From Candidatus Saccharimonadales bacterium (GTDB lineage: Bacteria; Patescibacteriota; Saccharimonadia; Saccharimonadales; UBA4665), in contig DATFHU010000006.1 of assembly GCA_035248005.1 (NCBI GenBank), forward strand, positions 17,546 to 81,545: a DNA stretch of 64,000 nucleotides, in the 5' to 3' direction. Of this stretch, positions 1 to 8,824 are shown one piece after another. Numbering within the stretch: position 1 is the stretch's first letter; every line of letters starts with the position of its first letter. The notes beneath the pieces are model-generated. The model was not told the origin of the DNA and searched no databases. It saw only the letters and a program-made list of their open reading frames with translations. The translations under genes were made by a program, and so were the position numbers.

Positions 1-175
1 AGCCGATGAGTTGTGGTTAAAGATATTCCCTGTGACGCTCGGTAAAGGCAAACGATTATTTGGCGAAGGAACCATACCCGCCGCTTTTAAGCTTATAGAA
101 TCAAAAGTGTCACCAAGTGGCGTAATCATTGCTTCTTACAAGCGAGACGGTGACGTTAAGCTTGGCTCTTTTTAG
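1..175 (+). CDS. Partial (C-terminal) dihydrofolate reductase / RibD C-terminal family protein
   Basis: Frame 2 reads [23 protein letters not shown]...SF*, with the DEL...P...G.G.RLF motif of RibD_C/DHFR-like proteins; truncated by the window edge. Confidence 0.75.
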   Translation, partial: ADELWLKIFPVTLGKGKRLFGEGTIPAAFKLIESKVSPSGVIIASYKRDGDVKLGSF

Positions 176-215
176 AGCTGGCCACACCTACTATAAGCGT
201 TAGCGCAACCAAAGC

Positions 216-821
216 TTATGCGGGCGTAATTTCTGTATTTTTTTCTTTGGAAATTCCAAGCTGTTTCCTACGGAGCATTAACATGGCTACAAATAACCCG
301 TTCATAACAACGAGGGAGGCAGGGTAGAGTACTGTGACAATTGTGTAGTTGGTAAGCGCGGCAATAGCAATGACGAATTTTATAGCTGAAAGGGCGAAGG
401 TAATGGCCGTTTCTTCTTGTGGTTTATAAAAGGCCTTGCGAAATGTGGGCGCAAATCCCAATGCGTCAATGATGGTAATAAGAATGACCGCCGTAAACGG
501 AGAATTCGTAATCGTCCAAAGCCCCATGGACAAAAAAGCGCCGACAAGGCACAGCCAATCTGAACGGGTAATATTTTTTTCTCCTCGCGTAATCGCTGCC
601 ATAAAGATGAAAAGAGCAATCAGAGCAGTAAATCCGGTTACCCATGCGCCAGCCCCGGCATTGTCGTTTACCTGGGCTACAAACGCAATGGCAGTGAGTA
701 AAAACCAAACCAGCCAGCTGAATGCGTGGGGTTTTGTCTTTCCGGCAAATATATCACGGAAATAGGGGATGTAACTATATAGAGCAAGGAGGGTGGCTGC
801 GATTCCCAGCAACGGCTTCAT
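216..821 (-). CDS. Multi-pass membrane protein (PQ-loop-like, CPR-common)
   Basis: 201 aa, about 6 hydrophobic segments; YIPY...GKTKPHAFSW and FAPTFRKAF..P.EE repeat-like halves. Confidence 0.6.
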   Translation of the reverse strand: MKPLLGIAATLLALYSYIPYFRDIFAGKTKPHAFSWLVWFLLTAIAFVAQVNDNAGAGAWVTGFTALIALFIFMAAITRGEKNITRSDWLCLVGAFLSMGLWTITNSPFTAVILITIIDALGFAPTFRKAFYKPQEETAITFALSAIKFVIAIAALTNYTIVTVLYPASLVVMNGLFVAMLMLRRKQLGISKEKNTEITPA

Positions 822-823
822 GT

Positions 824-1234
824 TTATTGCTCCTCGTCAGGAGGGGCAATACCTCGCCGGCGTAGTTCTTCTTCGGATTCAAACTCTAGATAGTTCTGGG
901 TAAGTTCCTCGCCTGCATGGATATCTTGAGCGGCAATCAGGTGCGCTTCGTCATGGTCCGCGTCTTGAGTGACAGAAGGGTGGTATGAATGATTAATGAA
1001 CTTTGAAACATCAAAGTCAACATGCCACATTTGGGTTTGACCGTCAAAAAATCCCCACCAGAGTATTTCATCCTTTTCTCTTTGATCTAACGAATCGAAT
1101 TGTTCCTGGGTGATGTTAAGGTCAAGCAAGGAGCTTGCAGTGTACACTACTTGCCCCTTTTTTATTGGTTCGCCGGCAAAGAGGCCAATGCCATGCAGAT
1201 TGGAAACTTTCAGCCTGTATTTTATGTGAATCAT
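824..1234 (-). CDS. SET domain protein (lysine methyltransferase-like)
   Basis: G.GLFA.E.IKKG, FINHS..P and A.DI.AGEELT.NY motifs. Confidence 0.9.
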   Translation of the reverse strand: MIHIKYRLKVSNLHGIGLFAGEPIKKGQVVYTASSLLDLNITQEQFDSLDQREKDEILWWGFFDGQTQMWHVDFDVSKFINHSYHPSVTQDADHDEAHLIAAQDIHAGEELTQNYLEFESEEELRRRGIAPPDEEQ

Positions 1235-1350
1235 GTGGCTAGTATATCAAAACACTTCGCCTAGCCCTTCTTAGTTACGACATTTGTCGCCTCCCATCAA
1301 GCAAGACGGACTGCTCGCCTTGGCTGAAGCCGTTTTATGTATGGGTCAGT

Positions 1351-2328
1351 CTATGGCTGGCCGCCGATAAACTGCCGCGGGTCTGCCGCCTGGCCGTCTA
1401 CTCGGATTTCGAAATGCAGGTGCGTGCCGGTAGAAGCACCGGTTGACCCTTCGAAGCCGAGGGTGGTATCTATAGTAACCTCCTGTTCTACCTGCACGGA
1501 TATAGAAGCAAGGTGGGCGTATACCGATGTCACTCCATTTCCGTGGTCTACAATTATGTGATTGCCAAGTCCGCGATTTGAGTATATCGTGTCTACGACT
1601 CGCCCTGGCCTGAAGGGTTTGATGGGGGTGACACCCGAGGGTTGTCCGTCGCTAATGTCTATGCCGGTGTGGGTGTGTTGGAAAGGCCAGTGCGCTACGC
1701 CGAAGTGTGTAGTGATTTCGCCGTGCATCGGCCACGCCGGGCCCGAACTGCCTTGGGGTGTTGCCTGCTGCGTCTCTTTTGCAGGAGGCAGAGCGGTAAG
1801 AGCCGCATGCAAGGCGGGAGAATCAGGGTCGATTATAGGTATTTCCTCGTGGTCGGACGGCCTTATGACGGCGCGCACGACAGAGGTATTGGAAGCAGAG
1901 GTTAAGATATCGCCAGGAATACCAAGAATAAATGTAATGCCACCGCCAATGGCGTGGCCCACCGATACGATCCCTTTGCCCGCAGTGCGGACGACAGTAA
2001 TTACGCCAGCCTGTGTACTGCGAGCGATAGACCTGCCACTTTGGGCAACAACCGACGCGGCTGCGTGCATACCGCTGCTAATTGCATACTCAGCCGAATT
2101 CATGGTGCCCCCCAGCTTATACACTGCCTCGGCAATACTTCCGGCAATGACGTTTGGGTTGTCGGATACGTTCAGGGCTAGGGCAGAAGAATCCTTATCC
2201 TTGGCCTGCACGCTATTTTTTTCTGTAGTAGACAGTAAAAACGATATCAGAAAGAGGTTGACGATAATTAGTATGCCGGCAAGCATAAACCGCAATTTGT
2301 ATAAAAGTGTATATAGTTGAAAAGTCAT
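1351..2328 (-). CDS. M23 family metallopeptidase with N-terminal membrane anchor
   Basis: HTGID, YAHL and HLHFE motifs; N-terminal TM. Confidence 0.92.
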   Translation of the reverse strand: MTFQLYTLLYKLRFMLAGILIIVNLFLISFLLSTTEKNSVQAKDKDSSALALNVSDNPNVIAGSIAEAVYKLGGTMNSAEYAISSGMHAAASVVAQSGRSIARSTQAGVITVVRTAGKGIVSVGHAIGGGITFILGIPGDILTSASNTSVVRAVIRPSDHEEIPIIDPDSPALHAALTALPPAKETQQATPQGSSGPAWPMHGEITTHFGVAHWPFQHTHTGIDISDGQPSGVTPIKPFRPGRVVDTIYSNRGLGNHIIVDHGNGVTSVYAHLASISVQVEQEVTIDTTLGFEGSTGASTGTHLHFEIRVDGQAADPRQFIGGQP

Positions 2329-2447
2329 ACAACCTCACACCAAAACCACACAGGATTTGAAAACATTAATTATACACTAAACTTGCAGATAACGCTTGCA
2401 TAAGCAACAACAGCCGCATCGGTTATACCTAAACTGCTCTTGATGAA

Positions 2448-2467
2448 GCGTTGTGCGTAGAGGGCCA
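2448..2467 (-). repeat. tRNA-Lys 3'-end-like cassette junction (K7)
   Basis: Minus strand TGGCCCTCTACGCACAACGC vs tRNA end TGGCCCTCCA and arm AGCATAAGC of K1/K2; 36 nt after the stop of 2503..3033. Confidence 0.65.
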
Positions 2468-2502
2468 TTACGGCCGTTATTGCAATAAATCCAGTCCGCA
2501 GG

Positions 2503-3033
2503 CTAAGGGCCCGAAGCACTGCCCCGTATCACTCTTAAATCTGAATAATCGTAAGGTACAAAGGAGTCTACCGTCTTATGCCATGTTTCCGATGAAAGGT
2601 TTTTCTGAAGGCCGGGTATTGTTATCCAAACTTCTGTGCCGTGTTTTATGAACCGAACATCGTACGAATAATATCCTTCTTTACTAGTACTGTGTGTGGT
2701 TAATTGGTAGCTTTGTCCCTTGGGGCTTGTAAGAGTTTGGCAGACGGTATGTGAACAGGAGTTGGTTATTGCACCGTCACCTTTCCATTGTGCTATCCAC
2801 GAATTAGGGTGATTAAGGTAAACATTTATATGTTTTTTGAACGATGGCAATAATCCCTTGTCCCGCAAGGTATAAAAGTTGCCATCTGTAGTTTTTAGTT
2901 GTGCGGGCAGTGTAGTTGGTTTAAGAGCTTGGAAGTCGGGAGTTTGACCATAACCAGTCCACACAAGATAGTATAGGGCTGCGATTATAAGCAAGACTGC
3001 TCCAGTAATAGCGACTCGTTTTAAGTTATTCAT
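2503..3033 (-). CDS. Hypothetical membrane-anchored protein
   Basis: ORF with N-terminal TM; ATG at 3033 chosen as the likely start. Confidence 0.7.
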   Translation of the reverse strand: MNNLKRVAITGAVLLIIAALYYLVWTGYGQTPDFQALKPTTLPAQLKTTDGNFYTLRDKGLLPSFKKHINVYLNHPNSWIAQWKGDGAITNSCSHTVCQTLTSPKGQSYQLTTHSTSKEGYYSYDVRFIKHGTEVWITIPGLQKNLSSETWHKTVDSFVPYDYSDLRVIRGSASGP

Positions 3034-3079
3034 CAATTTAATCCTATCAAATAAAAGGACTCTCAAGAATTTTTATGGC

Positions 3080-3097
3080 GCTTGTGCCTGGAGAGCA
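3080..3097 (-). repeat. tRNA-Lys 3'-end-like cassette junction (K6)
   Basis: Plus strand GCTTGTGCCTGGAGAGCA vs GCTTATGCTTGGAGGGTCA at 6930 and 7474; intergenic. Confidence 0.6.
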
Positions 3098-3164
3098 GGT
3101 GTGGGTGACGGTAGAAGACAGAGGTTATTTAGACGTAGTATCGTGATTTTGGTTGCAAGGGTTT

Positions 3165-4187
3165 TTAAGCGGACTGCTTAAAGTACTTTTTGTTGATACT
3201 AGAAGCTATTGCAGCAGAACCAAGCAGCCCAATAGCTGCTAAGACTAAGCTGGTGGTAATGCCGTACCCAGAGAAGTATTTAAACGAGATTGTAATAACG
3301 GTTAATACCAGGAAGAACGAAGCATTACCTAGCAAGTGCTTGTTCTGAGAAATAATACTAAGGTAAAAAATTCCAAACACGCCTGCAATTAGGATGCCCA
3401 ACCATAACACGCCGTAGTTGCCAAAACTTGATACATACATAGATAGCAGTGCCACAAATGCTGAAAAAGAATCGAATGAGCTACGGATTTTCTGCCTATC
3501 AGGGTTAATTTTAGCAACGACTCGAGCAGCGTACACCAGCAGTCCTGCAGAGAGGATGAATATCACAGACCATACATCCACTGAAACTTCGGTACCTTGT
3601 AAAAATCCGAAAAGTAATGCCGGAAAAGATGCTACGCATAGCAATATGCCCATAAGAAGCGTTAAGTCCCTCTTGATTAACCTATCGAAGCCAAGATGCA
3701 CTCCGCCAATAACTGCTAGCATAACTGCGCCAGGGATAAAATTAACTTCTTCGAAGCCACCGATAATTTCGTTCGTAATTATGTAGCCTCCTGCCACGAC
3801 TGACAACGATCCAGTCAATAGCAGGGAATTTATCAAGCCTTTTCTAACGTCGTTCTGTAAGGGTTTTTTGATTAGATAATAAGCTAAAGACCATAGGCCC
3901 ACGCCAACCCCTGCGCTTAAAAGAATATGTACCAGTGCATTGCCGTCATGCCACGACTGGACAATTACGGACATTATTGCCGAAAACAGTACAATCCCGG
4001 CAATGTAGAACATAACGTCAACTGCCGATAATTTGTCCGGCTTATTACCTTGCCCTGCTGTATGGGCAATGGCAGGTTCTGGCTGGTTTTGTTGATAGGC
4101 GACAAAGGGTTCGATATCGGCTTCCGTAATTACGCCGGCACGTAGACCTTCTTGTATGTCTCCTAAAATTTCCTGCTTACTTTTCAT
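3165..4187 (-). CDS. Polytopic membrane protein (DUF2157-like)
   Basis: 340 aa; N-terminal 'GLRAGVITEA' segment followed by about 10 TMs. Confidence 0.6.
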   Translation of the reverse strand: MKSKQEILGDIQEGLRAGVITEADIEPFVAYQQNQPEPAIAHTAGQGNKPDKLSAVDVMFYIAGIVLFSAIMSVIVQSWHDGNALVHILLSAGVGVGLWSLAYYLIKKPLQNDVRKGLINSLLLTGSLSVVAGGYIITNEIIGGFEEVNFIPGAVMLAVIGGVHLGFDRLIKRDLTLLMGILLCVASFPALLFGFLQGTEVSVDVWSVIFILSAGLLVYAARVVAKINPDRQKIRSSFDSFSAFVALLSMYVSSFGNYGVLWLGILIAGVFGIFYLSIISQNKHLLGNASFFLVLTVITISFKYFSGYGITTSLVLAAIGLLGSAAIASSINKKYFKQSA

Positions 4188-4714
4188 TTATTGACCCATC
4201 CTAAAAACGTAACCTCGTGTGTATGGTATGAACCGTTGTTTGTGAGCGCTACCTTTTTCTTTTTTGCCCCGTTTTTTAAGTACCAGCTTTCATCATAGTT
4301 GTCCCAAAACAGAAAACCACTGCCCGAGCTTCCTTTGTCTAACGTGTAGCCATCCGGTGATTTCGAAGAAGTATTAAGCGTATATCGCCTAGCTTCTTCC
4401 AGTGTCAGGCTTTTTGTTGCCTCGTTTGCGGAGTCATAGTACCGAAGACTTGCTGTGCGATCATAGTAGTCCTGGTCCGGGGCATTAGAAACGCCCCATG
4501 TGACATAGCCGTTAGTATCAACCGAATAACTGTCTCTGCATCGGTAGTCGTCGCAAACCGAGTAGATAAAGTCGTACTTTGGATTTGCCAAAAAACGTGG
4601 AACATAAATAACAAGCGCGGCAAAAACTGCTATTGCTGCCGGTATTGCAAAAAGTAAAAACAAGTCCTTAAAATAGCTATTACTTTTTGTTTTTTTGACA
4701 CTATTGTCTGCCAT
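4184..4714 (-). CDS. Hypothetical membrane-anchored protein
   Basis: Likely start ATG 4714 (MADNSVKK); one TM, then a soluble domain; 4-nt overlap with the next gene. Confidence 0.7.
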   Translation of the reverse strand: MADNSVKKTKSNSYFKDLFLLFAIPAAIAVFAALVIYVPRFLANPKYDFIYSVCDDYRCRDSYSVDTNGYVTWGVSNAPDQDYYDRTASLRYYDSANEATKSLTLEEARRYTLNTSSKSPDGYTLDKGSSGSGFLFWDNYDESWYLKNGAKKKKVALTNNGSYHTHEVTFLGWVNK

Positions 4715-4838
4715 GTATATATCTCTGGAAGAATTGTAGCATAGAAAACAGCCAAAATTGTTCATTGCGGAGCAACAATAACGTCGCAATCTTCGGGTTT
4801 GAAAGGTGTGCTTGTCTTCCTCTAGAGTTGATACCTGA

Positions 4839-4850
4839 TTTGTAGGGCTA
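4839..4850 (-). repeat. Degenerate tRNA-Lys 3'-end-like junction (K5, weak)
   Basis: Minus strand TAGCCCTACAAA, 9/11 match to TGGCCCTCCAA, 12 nt after the NUDIX stop. Confidence 0.4.
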
Positions 4851-4862
4851 ATCGTTTGCTGT

Positions 4863-5273
4863 TTAGATGTGAAGGCTAGGGTCAAAAACATCTAAAAATT
4901 TTTCGACATTCGGGAATAAGCTTTCATGGCGGGCTTCTTCGGCACTAAAATAGCGAAGCTCTTGGCATTCATCCGAAGGCTTGAAGTCCAGGTCTTTTAG
5001 TTTGATTTCGTAAATGACGTTAGCAATGAACGTGTCGCTGTTATGACGGCGGGTGGTAACAAAATACTTGGGTGATGAAGATACATAGGTGACTTCGAGT
5101 CCGGTTTCTTCGTTGATTTCGCGCTTTAGGCAAGCAATAGGGTCTTCGCCATGATCGAGCCCTCCACCAAGAAGCTCCCATTTATCGTTATCTTCTTTGG
5201 TCAACAAAAATCTGCCGGTTTCATCAATAACAAGGCCTTTCACGCTGACCCGGTAATAACAAGCGTTATTCAT
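4863..5273 (-). CDS. NUDIX hydrolase
   Basis: GGGLDHGEDPIACLKREINEETGL Nudix box. Confidence 0.93.
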   Translation of the reverse strand: MNNACYYRVSVKGLVIDETGRFLLTKEDNDKWELLGGGLDHGEDPIACLKREINEETGLEVTYVSSSPKYFVTTRRHNSDTFIANVIYEIKLKDLDFKPSDECQELRYFSAEEARHESLFPNVEKFLDVFDPSLHI

Positions 5274-5385
5274 CGAGCTAAGTGTAGCAAAAACTCTGGG
5301 AATCCACGAATTAAACCCTTAACAGAGTAATAAAATGTGGATTGAGTCAGAAGGATCGCTCATCCTTGCGGACGAGGCTTTTATT

Positions 5386-5396
5386 TTGGAGGGGCA
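5386..5396 (-). repeat. tRNA-Lys 3'-end-like cassette junction (K4)
   Basis: Minus strand TGCCCCTCCAA, 10/11 match to the tRNA end; followed by hairpins and a TTTGCTACACT -10-like box before the NUDIX ATG. Confidence 0.65.
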
Positions 5397-5465
5397 TAGT
5401 TGATGCGTTGCAACTGAAATTACCCTGTCGCACTCATCTATTTTTTTGCCCGAACGAGGCTGCCG

Positions 5466-5885
5466 CTATTGTTGTTCGCGCCAGCGAAGATGGGCTTGCA
5501 GTAGCTGGCTGGCATGGTCTTCGCTCGTTGCCGGCTGCCGTAAGGGTATGTCGTACACGAACAGCGTTGCACTTATTCGGCCCTCACTGTCTTTAGCGTA
5601 TGAAAAACCAAGAGTATACCTATCGGTAGCGGTACGGCGCTTACCCAGTGTATATTTTGCGGTGCGTGTGTGATAAAGTACCAGGCAGCCTGCATAGTGG
5701 TACTGTGGCGCAATAAGTTCGTCCCAACCCTGCAGTTTTAGCGATCTTGACCATTCCTCTGTGCCGGTGCCAAGTAATTTGAAACCGGTGTTGCGTGACG
5801 TAATTGTGTCCGGATCACTAAAGACCATGTTGACAAGCTGGTCCATAGTTTGCATAGGTTCTGATTCAGGGGTAGCCTCTGACAT
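5466..5885 (-). CDS. Hypothetical protein
   Basis: 139-aa ATG-initiated ORF, co-oriented with its neighbours; no recognised motif. Confidence 0.6.
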   Translation of the reverse strand: MSEATPESEPMQTMDQLVNMVFSDPDTITSRNTGFKLLGTGTEEWSRSLKLQGWDELIAPQYHYAGCLVLYHTRTAKYTLGKRRTATDRYTLGFSYAKDSEGRISATLFVYDIPLRQPATSEDHASQLLQAHLRWREQQ

Positions 5886-6214
5886 AAAAACTAGGGTCTG
5901 ACTCTATTCCTATAATGCATAAATCATATCATTTTATTGTGAAACTTCAAGTTACCTACAGGCCTGGCCTCTAACAGATAAGGAAAATGTGAATTGGGTT
6001 AGGAAGGATAGCCTAATTGTATAGGCTACCGGTCCGTACATGCCCTCGTTATAGCTTCACGCCGAATCGCCTTTATTATAGCCCTTACGGGTATATCGCT
6101 CGCTTACAGCTAAAGCCTACCGCTCGGCCAAGCGCAGAAAACGTAACTGTCCACTGGACAATTACGTCCGTCGACATTATGAATATCGACGGTTCGAGTC
6201 CTTTAACCTTGCCA

Positions 6215-6260
6215 TACAAAAAGCCCTACCTTGCAGTAGGACTATTTGTATGGAGGGCCA
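6215..6260 (-). repeat. tRNA-Lys 3'-end cassette junction (K3) plus terminator hairpin
   Basis: 6251-6260 TGGAGGGCCA is identical to tRNA 8825-8834; adjacent hairpin TACAAAAAGCCCTAC/GTAGGACTATTTGTA. Confidence 0.75.
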
Positions 6261-6322
6261 TCATACATACTAGCGCATCTCAACTACAAGCCTCGGCGAT
6301 GCATAGTCAGCCAGAGGTGATC

Positions 6323-6877
6323 TTACGTCTTGGCTTTTCTGAACCCCAGGATAAAAGAGCCGATGACGACCACCTCGTTTATAAATAACATAGCGTAATA
6401 GGTTGCAGAGCTGTCTGTTGAATCGGCAAATAGTCTTTGATCGATAAGAAATTTATTAAAGCTCGGCATAGACATAAGCGTACATAAAGTAAAACTGTTA
6501 TTGCTGTAAGCGCCGCTTATAAAAGGTTCGTCCCATATCAGACAATTCATATCAGGGCCTGCTGGCCCTCCCTCGCTAGTTATATATAGCCTGCTGCTGT
6601 AAACATATTGTGCCGAAAGAAGTACAGCAGCTAAGGAGAAGATAATGGGCACTACGACCCCCCTAAGCTGGGGTTTCTTCTTTACGATAGATATGACTAA
6701 CACGACAATGCTGGCTGTGGCCAAGTAGAACCACTGCCAACCAAATAGAATACTCCAGACATTTGTACTTTCCTCACCGACGATCAGGTGATAGAAGAGC
6801 AGCCCGCTTATAAGGACGGCTGTCAAAAAAGTCAATAATATAATCGCCCACATCAAGTGGGCCTTAGAACGTTTCAT
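6323..6877 (-). CDS. Hypothetical membrane protein
   Basis: About 4 TMs; likely start ATG 6877, just after the TTTGGTATACT -10-like box. Confidence 0.7.
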   Translation of the reverse strand: MKRSKAHLMWAIILLTFLTAVLISGLLFYHLIVGEESTNVWSILFGWQWFYLATASIVVLVISIVKKKPQLRGVVVPIIFSLAAVLLSAQYVYSSRLYITSEGGPAGPDMNCLIWDEPFISGAYSNNSFTLCTLMSMPSFNKFLIDQRLFADSTDSSATYYAMLFINEVVVIGSFILGFRKAKT

Positions 6878-6892
6878 AACCTTGAGTATACC

Positions 6893-6948
6893 AAACAAAA
6901 AGACTCCTCCAATGAGAAGTCTCTCAAGTGCTTATGCTTGGAGGGTCA
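6893..6948 (-). repeat. tRNA-Lys 3'-end-like cassette junction (K2) plus terminator
   Basis: Minus strand TGACCCTCCAAGCATAAGC (19 bp identical to K1), then hairpin AGACT..AGTCT and TTTTTGTTTG. Confidence 0.85.
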
Positions 6949-6972
6949 TCGCAGAACTTATTAGGGCTGAGC

Positions 6973-7421
6973 TTATAAAAAGCCGAGCTTTTGTAGTGTC
7001 AATTTAGTGTTTGGACCGATTTGTGCGTTTTCCAGTTCATCGGCTACATACCATTGAGCATCACCAAAGTCATCATTGAATCTTAGGCTCACTGCGCTTG
7101 CTTCCTCATGGAGCCTGACTGTAAAGTCATAAAACTCCATTTTCATAAGGACGACTTCATTTGCATCTTTGAGCGTTTTCTTACTTTCGCCAGTTGCAAC
7201 ATTGTCTAGTCGCGTGATGGTGGCGCCAGTGATATCTATGCCTGTTTCTTCAAATATTTCACGCATAACTGCCTGAAGCTTGCTTTCGCCTGCTTCAATT
7301 CCACCGCCTGGGATAACGAGCATCCCCTGATATGTACCGCCTTTTTGTTATGACCGAGTAGTACTTTTCCGTCACTCGAAAAAATAAAGGCACCTACGAT
7401 CTTGCGGCTTGCTGTTCTCAT
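6973..7421 (-). pseudogene. NUDIX hydrolase split by a 1-nt frameshift
   Basis: MRTASRKIVGAFIFSSDGKVLLGHNK then GGTYQGMLVIPGGGIEAGES...REIFEETG; adding one A to the A5 run (T5 at 7342-7346) restores a single ORF. Confidence 0.85.
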
Positions 7422-7435
7422 TTAGTAATGATAGC

Positions 7436-7492
7436 AAACAAAAAGACCTCAGATGAACTGCGGTCTTCATAACGCTTATGCTTGGAGGGTCA
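7436..7492 (-). repeat. tRNA-Lys 3'-end-like cassette junction (K1) plus terminator
   Basis: Minus strand TGACCCTCCAAGCATAAGC, hairpin AAGACC..GGTCTT, TTTTTGTTTG, then TATCAT and ATG. Confidence 0.85.
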
Positions 7493-7606
7493 CCGTGTGC
7501 ACTATCGCAGCCGAAGTCCAGCAGGGGTAAAGCATGTCTATTTCCTTATTAAGCTAAACTCTCACTTTACATATCGAAAAAGATTGTGGTAAGGGGGGTA
7601 TCTTAA

Positions 7607-8719
7607 TCATGCGTTAAAACGGGCCTCCGCCTTCCGCGCCAGATACTCCGCTTCCACGATAATCGTCGCAATAGCCAAACGCCCAGCCTCGGTCCTTAGC
7701 CCCTCTTCATTGGGCACATTGGGTGTCAGCGCACGCAGCAAGGCGTTCCCTAGTCCTACCGAACCATCCCCTCGGATTATGTAATCGAAAGCAAAGTAGT
7801 TATCTTCGCCATAGCGTGCCGCAAAAGCATTGCGGATGAGAGTGTGGGCTGCTGCAAATGCCGGTAATCTACCGAATGCCTGTTCGGGCGGCAGCAAATG
7901 CAGTTCGGTAGCGAACAGCTTGCCGATGTCACCCCGCGGATTATCTGCATCACCCTTCGGGTTGGTCAGCCTTAACTCAATAGCCGGAGTCGCCCCCGCC
8001 AGACTAAAGACACGGATAGCGTGGAGGTAGCCTGCCTTGGAGTTATCCGTTTCAATGCCGAGTTGAGCCATTAAATCAGTGGCCACCAACAGCGGTTCGG
8101 GCTGCTGTAAAACCGCGCCGCCAGCGAATGTTATCTCTGCAAGCTTTGCTTCAAGATCACGACCAGTAACAAGATGTGCGCGAGTGCCGGGGTGTTTGTT
8201 GATGTCGCTAATATCGGAAATGGTATCTGGTTTAAGGAATACCGCTTGCTCGGCAGCCCAGTCGCGCGCATGCAGTTCGGTAATAGTTTCTATGCCGTAA
8301 GATTCAAGGCCCATTCCTTGCAGGGCATGCCAAACATCCATGCGAGTTCTTAACGCGTAACGGGCTGAGTTGTAGCCGTCGCCATTGCGGTAAGCTGCCG
8401 GATCACCGCTCGGCCAGGTAATATCACGTAGACGCCAAGCGTAGCTACCGCACTCAAGAATACCGTTTACGGGCTCGGTGGCTCTGTATGGTGTGTATTT
8501 CTTGATTCGACCCGCAGGGCCGTCGGGCTGTCCGGACTCTTCGTAGGTAGCTGGGTCTTGCGCGTCGACAAAGAGAGTGTCTACACTCAACCTGGCTAGA
8601 ATTATGGGCAGCTCGGTCTGGCGGGTTCTAACTTGCTCCAGTCCATCTGGCATTAGATGAGCAGGTAACGGTGTGCGGCCTTCAATAACTGCGGCGGGTT
8701 GGGTTAGTCTTCCTGACAT
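7607..8719 (-). CDS. Hypothetical protein, possibly a divergent ATP-grasp fold
   Basis: Start ATG 8719 (MSGRLTQ); motifs FLKPD, VLQQP, AIRVF, FAFDYII..DG occur in ATP-grasp-like order. Confidence 0.5.
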   Translation of the reverse strand: MSGRLTQPAAVIEGRTPLPAHLMPDGLEQVRTRQTELPIILARLSVDTLFVDAQDPATYEESGQPDGPAGRIKKYTPYRATEPVNGILECGSYAWRLRDITWPSGDPAAYRNGDGYNSARYALRTRMDVWHALQGMGLESYGIETITELHARDWAAEQAVFLKPDTISDISDINKHPGTRAHLVTGRDLEAKLAEITFAGGAVLQQPEPLLVATDLMAQLGIETDNSKAGYLHAIRVFSLAGATPAIELRLTNPKGDADNPRGDIGKLFATELHLLPPEQAFGRLPAFAAAHTLIRNAFAARYGEDNYFAFDYIIRGDGSVGLGNALLRALTPNVPNEEGLRTEAGRLAIATIIVEAEYLARKAEARFNA

Positions 8720-8762
8720 ATAGTCATCATAGCAAACGAGACTAGAACTTTTTAACAGATAC

Positions 8763-8789
8763 AAAAAACACCTCCAAAACAGGGAGGTG
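8763..8789 (-). terminator. Intrinsic terminator downstream of tRNA-Lys
   Basis: CACCTCC/GGAGGTG stem with a T6 tail on the minus strand. Confidence 0.8.
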
Positions 8790-8824
8790 AAATCAGAACC
8801 TAAATTACATCTGTTAAAAATCCT

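Larger units (their letters stand above)
2448..8824 (-). mobile_element. tRNA-Lys-anchored cassette array (about 7 cassettes, no integrase in window)
   Basis: A degenerate copy of the tRNA 3' end lies in each intergenic spacer; all genes are co-oriented with the tRNA. Confidence 0.7.
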
